Shown: in pieces, positions 57,963-64,000 of the stretch | Layout: each line of letters starts with the position of its first letter | How positions within the stretch are numbered: position 1 is the stretch's first letter | Notes under the pieces: generated by a model | Told to the model about the DNA's origin: nothing | The model's database searches: none | The model's input: the letters and a program-made list of their open reading frames with translations, nothing else | Assembly (NCBI GenBank): GCA_963746665.1 | Contig: CAVVBW010000003.1 | Coordinates: 325,022 to 389,021 of the forward strand | Origin: an uncultured Acidobacteriaceae bacterium | Lineage (GTDB): Bacteria > Acidobacteriota > Terriglobia > Terriglobales > Acidobacteriaceae | Direction of reading: 5' to 3' | Length of the DNA: 64,000 nucleotides | Made by a program: the position numbers and the translations under genes

Positions 57963-58835
57963 CTAGGCGACCGTGCCCAAGCACCAGGTCAATGTTGCAT
58001 TTCCGGCCCCGGCATCCATCTGGTAGCTGCCAGTTCCGATTACCTCGCATCCGCCGCAGCGCATCAGTGTTGCCAACGACTGCTCCGAAAAGTAGTTGAT
58101 GTGTTCGTGCATCAAGTAGAGGCTGGCAGGGCGAAGCACGTGGCGAGCCAGGCCGGGGTGCGTCAAAGCTACGACCCCGAGTTGCGCGACCCTCCTGAGG
58201 ATCCTGGCCGGCCCGAATGGCGACTCGCGAGGAACCTCCAGGAACACCGTGCTTCCAGATGGGGCTGCCTTCACGATATCTTCCACCAGGAGACGTGGAA
58301 AACCGACATGCTCAAGTACATTGCTGTTGATAACGAGGTCGGCTTTGCATTCCGCCGGATCACTGGTCGCGGTCACCCCGTCAACAGCGGGAATGCCGGA
58401 AATGTCGTAGACGAATGCCGCTGCACCGTCTACTAGCCCACGCACTAGGTCGCCGCGGTCGCCGCCATAATCGAGGACGCGTCGTATCTTCCGTTCGCCG
58501 ACGTGCTGGCGAAGTATCGCGGCAAGTATCGAACGGCGGCGTTCGTAAGCGGTGTGCGAGGCCAGGCCGGCGTTGAACTTGACCGTGTACCACGGCTCCG
58601 AGGCGCAGCGCATTCGCTGATACTCTTCAGATCGGTATCCCGCGTAGAGACGAGCCGCCTCCCCGTCGTCAAGACGCGGATTGTAGAACATGAATCCGCA
58701 AGCTTGACACCGCACCACGGCGACCGAAAATGGCGTTCGATTCCATATCCGTTTCGCCAAAAACGGAGAAACGAGCGCCATGCGAAGTTTGCGAATCTCT
58801 CCATCACACACCACGCACTTGGAAACCTCAATCAT
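57963..58835 (-). CDS. class I SAM-dependent methyltransferase with N-terminal Cys4 zinc ribbon
   Basis: ORF 57963-58919 trimmed to ATG 58835 (AGGAAAGAG SD). CVVCDG...CQACGF zinc ribbon. Motif I VLDYGGDRGD. Confidence 0.8.
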   Translation of the reverse strand: MIEVSKCVVCDGEIRKLRMALVSPFLAKRIWNRTPFSVAVVRCQACGFMFYNPRLDDGEAARLYAGYRSEEYQRMRCASEPWYTVKFNAGLASHTAYERRRSILAAILRQHVGERKIRRVLDYGGDRGDLVRGLVDGAAAFVYDISGIPAVDGVTATSDPAECKADLVINSNVLEHVGFPRLLVEDIVKAAPSGSTVFLEVPRESPFGPARILRRVAQLGVVALTHPGLARHVLRPASLYLMHEHINYFSEQSLATLMRCGGCEVIGTGSYQMDAGAGNATLTWCLGTVA

Positions 58836-59028
58836 CTCTTTCCTCGATGTAGAACTGGCTGCATTGCGGGAAGCGGCACGAGCCCCGCTTTGGTGGCGGG
58901 TCTCGCCCGTGGCGCCCAATCAATATCCGGGGATTTATGCAACCAGTTCTAGCCAAATCTACCAGATTTGCAGAGCTCGCACGCCTCCCAAACGTTGCCT
59001 TTCACTCGAGCCTAAGAGACAATTTCGT

Positions 59029-59727
59029 ATGCATCTCGAAGCCCTCCGCTCCGCTGTGCTCGAGGCCAATCTTGAACTCGTCCGCCGTGGGCTGATCCTC
59101 TATACCTTCGGCAATGCCAGTGGCATTGACCGGGAGAGCGGACTGGTGGCCATCAAGCCGAGCGGTGTGCCGTACGAAGATCTGAAGGCCGCCGACCTGG
59201 TGCTTACCGACCTTGACGGCCAGATCGTCGAGGGTACGCTGCGTCCTTCGTCCGATCTGGCAACGCACGTGTTGCTTTACAGAGCTTTTCCGGCGATCGG
59301 CGGTGTCGTCCACACCCACTCGGAGTTCGCCACGGCCTGGGCGCAAGCCGGGCGGGAGATCCCCGCCTACGGTACCACTCACGCCGACTACTTTTACGGC
59401 CCGGTGCCCGTCACCGAAGAGTTGACCGCCGAAGAAGTTGGCGACGATTACGTTCTGAACACGGGCCACGCGATCGTGCGGCGGTTCAGCAAGCTCGACC
59501 CGCTCGCCGTTCCGGCTGTGCTAGTCGCCGGTCACGCTCCATTCTGCTGGGGGCCGACGCCGGCCGATGCGGCGCACAATGCTGTCGTTCTGGAGGCTGT
59601 TGCGCGAATGGCCTACTACACAACGACCTTGAACGCGGCATGCTCAGGCGTGGGCCAGCACTTGCTGGATCGCCACTATTTCCGCAAGCATGGCGCTGGC
59701 AAGACCTATGGACAGTCGAAGAGCTGA
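59029..59727 (+). CDS. class II aldolase/epimerase, L-ribulose-5-phosphate 4-epimerase-like
   Basis: ORF 58780-59727 trimmed to ATG 59029 (233 aa). YTFGNASGIDRESGLVAIKPSGVPYEDL, PSSDLATH and GGVVHTHSEFATAWAQ closely follow the AraD pattern. Confidence 0.8.
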   Translation: MHLEALRSAVLEANLELVRRGLILYTFGNASGIDRESGLVAIKPSGVPYEDLKAADLVLTDLDGQIVEGTLRPSSDLATHVLLYRAFPAIGGVVHTHSEFATAWAQAGREIPAYGTTHADYFYGPVPVTEELTAEEVGDDYVLNTGHAIVRRFSKLDPLAVPAVLVAGHAPFCWGPTPADAAHNAVVLEAVARMAYYTTTLNAACSGVGQHLLDRHYFRKHGAGKTYGQSKS

Positions 59728-59831
59728 TGGCAACTCCGTCATTATGCCTGCGCGCCGTTCGCTCGCAGCGATTCCTTGTCTGGCCCCATTCTGGCTGGCA
59801 ACGCTGTCCACGCTATAAGCCCATAACAACT

Positions 59832-60506
59832 CTAACGCTTCATGGCAAGACACTGCTGCCCGGAAAGCGGAAGGAAGGCTTCTGGCTGGTTTGAGAAAAA
59901 TTGCTGGAACGCCATTACGACTCCATTGAGTTGCGGATAGTCGTGAGAAAGAAGGATGCCGCCTGCATTCATCCGGGGCCAAAAGAAACCGAGTGCCGCC
60001 AGAGTCCCATCGTATAGGTCCATATCGAGATGCACGAAAGAGAATCGCAGGTGCTCGGCGAAATGACCGGTGTCCTCGGGAAAAAGACCCGGATAGAGCG
60101 TGATGCGATCTTTATAGCCTGCGAGGGTCTGCGCAACTTTCTCCCGAGAGCCGGCATACTCGCCCTGCTTGAGAAAATCTCCGGCTTCCGGCAACCCCGC
60201 GAAGGTATCGAAAAGGTGCAGGTGTTTGCCGTGCGAGGCATTGAGCATGACGGCGGCGCTGCCCCCGAGGTAGACCCCCACCTCAGCCATTTCGCCGGGA
60301 ACCTTCTGCGTCGCCTGTACAGCGTTGTGGAGTTCTATGCACTCCAACGGTGTCGTTGCGGTATAAGCCAGCGATCGCGCCTTCGTAATGCTCTTGAGGG
60401 CTGCGGCGCGGTCTGGATGCCGATAATTGGTCAGCCCGAAATGCAGCTTGCTTACCGCAACGTGAAAGCCCATCTGGAGTCGTGATTTGAAGAAATTGAG
60501 CGTCAT
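59832..60506 (-). CDS. TylF/MycF-family (macrocin-type) O-methyltransferase
   Basis: PGEMAEVGVYLGGSA, FVHLDMDLYDGT and GGILLSHDY match the TylF-family metal and SAM motifs. Confidence 0.75.
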   Translation of the reverse strand: MTLNFFKSRLQMGFHVAVSKLHFGLTNYRHPDRAAALKSITKARSLAYTATTPLECIELHNAVQATQKVPGEMAEVGVYLGGSAAVMLNASHGKHLHLFDTFAGLPEAGDFLKQGEYAGSREKVAQTLAGYKDRITLYPGLFPEDTGHFAEHLRFSFVHLDMDLYDGTLAALGFFWPRMNAGGILLSHDYPQLNGVVMAFQQFFSNQPEAFLPLSGQQCLAMKR

Positions 60507-60671
60507 TGCGCACCACTATATCACTCTCGGCACTCCTCGTTGCTCGCACTCGGGAGAATCCGCTACCGCCGCCGCCACACTATAGGTCCATAACACGCTC
60601 CACGATGTGACCTCAATTTCTGGCTTGGTAGAATTAGCGGTATTTAGGCACCGAGACCAAGGAGCACTTTT

Positions 60672-62178
60672 ATGCAAGATTTGAAGAAGCGGCCACTATT
60701 CATCTATGAAATGGCCAACAACCACATGGGCGATGTGGAGCACGGGATCCGCATAGTTCGGGAACTCAAGGAAGCTTCTAAGGGTTTCCCTTCGGATTCT
60801 GTGTGAAGTTGCAGTACCGTGACATCGACAGCTGTATTCATCCGGACTACCAGGGACGGTAAGACCTGAAGTATGTGAAGCGTTTCTCGGAAACGCGCCT
60901 GAGCTGGGAGCAATACAAGCAGATCAAGGACGCGATCGTCGATGCTGGATTTCTCTCGATGTGTACACCGTGGGATGAGCTGTCTGTCGACATGATTGTG
61001 GAGCATGGCTACGATTTTATGAAGGTGCCGAGCTGCTACATGGCGGACTGGCCGCTTCTCGAGCGCGTCGCCAAGTACGATCTGCCGATTGTCGCCTCGA
61101 CCGCAGGCGAGCCTTTTGAGGAGATCGACCGGGTGGTGAGCTTTTTCCGGCATCGCAATAAATCGCTGGCGATTATGCATTGCGTAGGCGAATATCCCTC
61201 GCCTGACGAGCACCTGCATCTGAGCCAGATCTCTCTGCTGAAGAAGAGCGTATCCGGGAATCGAGGTGGGCTACTCGACGCACGAACGGCCCGACAACTT
61301 TGCAGCGGTGAAGATTGCGATTGCGTTGGGGGCGACGCTGTTTGAGAAGCACACAGCAGTTGTGACCGAGAAATATGCGGTCAACACTTACAGCGCGACA
61401 CCTGACCAAGTGCGCAAATGGTTGCAGTCGGCCGCGAGTGCCCTGACGATGATTGGGGAGACGGCCAAGCGGTATCCGGCTCCTGCAGGCGAGGCGCAGG
61501 CTCTGCGCGACCTGGCGCGCGGCGTGTTTGCCAAGAAACCGGTCGCGGCTGGCGAGGTGGTGAAGCCGGACAATCTTTTCTATGCCATGCCGAATCTGCC
61601 AGGCCAACTAGTGGCGCAAGATCTGTCCAAGTACACCGAGTATGTGGCGATCGGTCCGATCGCATCCAATGGCCCGGTGATGGAAGCGAATGTGAAGAGG
61701 AGCGACCGGCGGCAGGAGGTTCTCGACATCGTGCGGGACGTGAAGGCACTCATCAAAAGGAGCAAGGTGCAGGTGCCGGGACAGTGCGAGCTTGAGATTT
61801 CGCACCACTATGGCATCGACAGATTCCGCGAGAGTGGACTGACGGCGATTACGGTTGTGAACCGCGACTACTGCAAGCGGCTTATGGTCGTGCTGCCGGG
61901 ACAAAAGCATCCCGAGCAGTGGCACAATTATAAGAATGAGACTTATCACATCCTGCACGGTGACGTCACCGTGGACTTGGGCGGCGCGAAGACGGCGCAC
62001 AAATCGAATGACATCGTGACCATTCCGCATGGCATCAAGCACTCTTTCTGGACAACCAACGGCGCGGTGATCGAGGAAGTATCCTCGGCTTACGCCGCAG
62101 GCGGATTCCTGGTATACGGATGAGTCGATTATGGCCAATCCAAACCGCAAAACCTTCGTCACCTATTGGCTGGAATAA
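60672..62178 (+). pseudogene. NeuB-family sialic-acid-type synthase fused to SAF and a sugar-isomerase-like cupin; four lesions
   Basis: ATG 60672 follows AAGGAG and gives MQDLKKRPLFIYEMANNHMGDVEHGIRIV...KGFP. There is a frameshift at about 60781-60803 into GFPFGFCVKLQYRD. An in-frame TAA lies at 60860-60862. A frameshift at about 61241-61252 leads into YPGIEVGYSTHERPDNFAAVKIAIALGATLFEKH. A frameshift at about 62088-62100 leads from EEVSSAY into ADSWYTDESIMANPNRKTFVTYWLE, whose TAA (62176-62178) overlaps the next ATG. Confidence 0.8.
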
Positions 62179-62727
62179 TGCGGACGATCGTCTGGGATGT
62201 GGACGACGTGTTGAACGACCTGATGTATCAGTGGTTTTCGCGGAGTTGGAGACAGGATCACCCCGCCGTGCGCGGTGGAATATGCAGGGCTGACGAGAAA
62301 ATCCTCCACACGTTTCGCTTGGCGCGACGCCGAGGAATATCTGGCTTCGATGGATGCTTTCCGCAAGACCGAGGCGGGCATTCACCTCACGCCGAATGCC
62401 GAGGTGCTAGAGTGGTTTGCGGTGCATGGCGCCAGATTTCGCCATATTGCGCTGACCGCGCGCCCGTTGGAGACGGCTCCCGAGGTCGCTGCGTGGGTCA
62501 TGCGGCACTTCGGTGCATGGATCCGATGTTTTGGCATCGTTCCGACGCGTACAACAGACGGGGTTCCAGTATACGACCGCGGTAAGGGAGATTACCTTCG
62601 CTGGCTGGGCAAGGGCGATGTGCTGATAGACGATGCGCAGGAGAATTTGCGGCAAGCGGCTGCGATCGGCATGAAGACTTTTGCCTGGCCTCAACCCTGG
62701 AACGATTCGCCAGCTGACCGCCGCTGA
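62178..62727 (+). pseudogene. HAD-like (deoxyribonucleotidase-type) phosphatase with a frameshift
   Basis: ATG 62178 gives MRTIVWDVDDVLNDLMYQWFSRSWRQDHPA (DxDD motif I). The sensible continuation VEYAGLT...RHIALTARPLETAPEVAAWVMRHFGAWIRCFGIVP...VLIDDAQENL...PQPWN is in another frame (ORF 62275-62727). The lesion lies near 62262-62272. Confidence 0.75.
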
Positions 62728-62763
62728 GATTCTGCAGGCACTCACGAATATGGCAGGCGAACC

Positions 62764-64000
62764 TTGATTAAACTATCAGACTACGTCACGCAATTTCTGG
62801 CTCATCGCAACCTCAGGCATGTATTCATGTTGACCGGGGGCGGCTGCATGCACCTGGTAGATTCCTTTGGCCGCCAGGAGGGGATGGAATATGTTTGCTG
62901 CCTGCATGAGCAGGCAGTTTCTTTTGCCACCCAGGCCTATGCGGAGTACACGAGCGACTTGAGCGCCGCTCTGGTAACGACGGGGCCCGGGGGCACCAAT
63001 GCCATGACCGGTCTGGCGGCTGCGTGGCTGGATTCGACAGCGTGCCTCTTCCTCTCCGGGCAGGTAAAGCGCGCCGACCTTTTGGCCGGACGCGGCGTGC
63101 GTTCGATGGGGCCACAGGAGATAGACATTATTGCCGTTGTGTCTCCGCTGACCAAGTACGCCAAGACCCTGGTCGAGCCGAACGATGTTCGTTACGAGCT
63201 GGAAAAGGCCGTCTATCTGGCGACAACGGGACGGCGCGGCCCGGTATGGCTGGATTTCCCGCTAGACGTGCAGGCAGCGATGGTGGACCAGAGCAAGCTG
63301 CGCGGATTCGTCCCCGAACCGGTTGCCGATGCGAGCGCCGGCATCAGGCAAAAGGTTGCCGCGGCTATCGAGTTGCTTAAAAAGGCGGAACGCCCGGTGT
63401 TGCTTGTCGGCAACGGGACCCGGCAGGCCCACCTGGAAGGATTGGTGGAAGACACGGTGAACCTGTTACAGGTTCCGACACTGCTGACATGGAAGTCCAT
63501 GGACATGCTGCCGGAGAACCATCCATATTTACGCCGGCCGGCCCGGATCAATCGCTTCTCGTGGATCCAACTTTACGCAACAGAATGCCGACTGGATTAT
63601 GGTGCTGGGGGCGCGGCTGGACATGCCGCAGATTGCGTTCAGCCATAAGAATTTTGCCCGAGGCGCAAAAAAAGTGCTGGTGGATGTCGATGCGAACGAG
63701 ATTCGGAAGTTCGATATGACTATCGATGTGGCGGTCCATGCGGATGCCAAGGACTTTCTGCGCGAGCTGCTCGCTCAGTTGAAGAACACCGTGCTGCCGC
63801 ACACGCCGGCATGGCTGAAGAAGGCGAAGGATTGGTTGACCAAGTATCCCGTGATTTTGCCGGAGTATTGGCAGGAGGACAGGGGAGTCGTCAATCCCTA
63901 TCTTCTGGTCGATGTGTTGTCGGAACAATGTACGCCGGAGGATGTTCTTGCTCCCGGAAGTTCGGGAGCGTGCAGCGATATCTTCCTGCAGTGCTTCCGA
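62764..64000 (+). pseudogene. thiamine-diphosphate-dependent enzyme (acetolactate synthase large-subunit-like / YerE-like), frameshifted, 3' end beyond the window
   Basis: TTG 62764 gives MIKLSDYVTQFLAHRNLRHVFMLTGGGCMHLVDS...TTGPGGTNAMTGLAAAW...LPENHP. This frame then runs into a stop at 63648. The conserved continuation YAGRPGSIASRGSNFTQQNADWIMVLGARLD...VLVDVDANEI... is in another frame and stays open to 64000. The lesion lies near 63524-63533. Confidence 0.75.

Noticed and set aside
1-64000. Search for tRNA, rRNA, tmRNA, CRISPR arrays, IS transposases, integrases, toxin-antitoxin pairs and known defence-system genes.
   Set aside because: No cloverleaf-like or repeat-spacer architecture was seen in any spacer longer than 150 bp. 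No transposase, integrase, nuclease-helicase or TA-like gene pair was seen among the ORFs. This was done by eye and is not exhaustive.

Overview
GC-rich (about 60% by eye) bacterial chromosomal segment. Gene content and two short dispersed repeat families suggest Acidobacteriota, but that is inference only. I can support about 55 protein-coding loci. I recognised no rRNA, tRNA, CRISPR array, transposase, integrase or phage gene. Layout: (1) 1-23.3 kb is a mosaic of accessory enzymes and regulators. It holds a partial dinB, a GDSL lipase, a SoxC/SorA-like sulfite dehydrogenase with its cytochrome c, several alpha/beta hydrolases, SDR/NmrA/cupin genes with TetR, LysR and CGNR regulators, a fused M16 peptidase, and a membrane-protein/PLP-decarboxylase pair. 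(2) 23.5-31.3 kb holds eutBC, a carboxylesterase, nagA, a solo modA flanked by 88-bp direct repeats, and an MBL hydrolase. (3) 31.4-38.7 kb is housekeeping: class III aminotransferase, cysS, def, tsaD, cca and Fe/Mn SOD. (4) 38.8-49.1 kb is a co-directional carbohydrate block: two glucan hydrolases, tkt, a HAD gene, zwf, pgl and glk. (5) 49.2-54 kb holds copC, a disrupted copD and pepN. (6) 54-57.6 kb is a repeat-laden intergenic region followed by a large secreted NHL-repeat protein. (7) 58-64 kb is a sugar-modification (nonulosonate-like) cluster whose last three genes are all disrupted. The main result is that at least 11 reading-frame lesions fall in 6 accessory loci, while every housekeeping gene is intact. 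The best example is a NeuB-SAF-cupin fusion with four lesions, whose true C-terminus is revealed by a TAATG stop/start overlap. I did not find a convincing novel multi-gene defence or toxin system. The candidates listed are modest, and all functional calls rest on motif recognition by eye.
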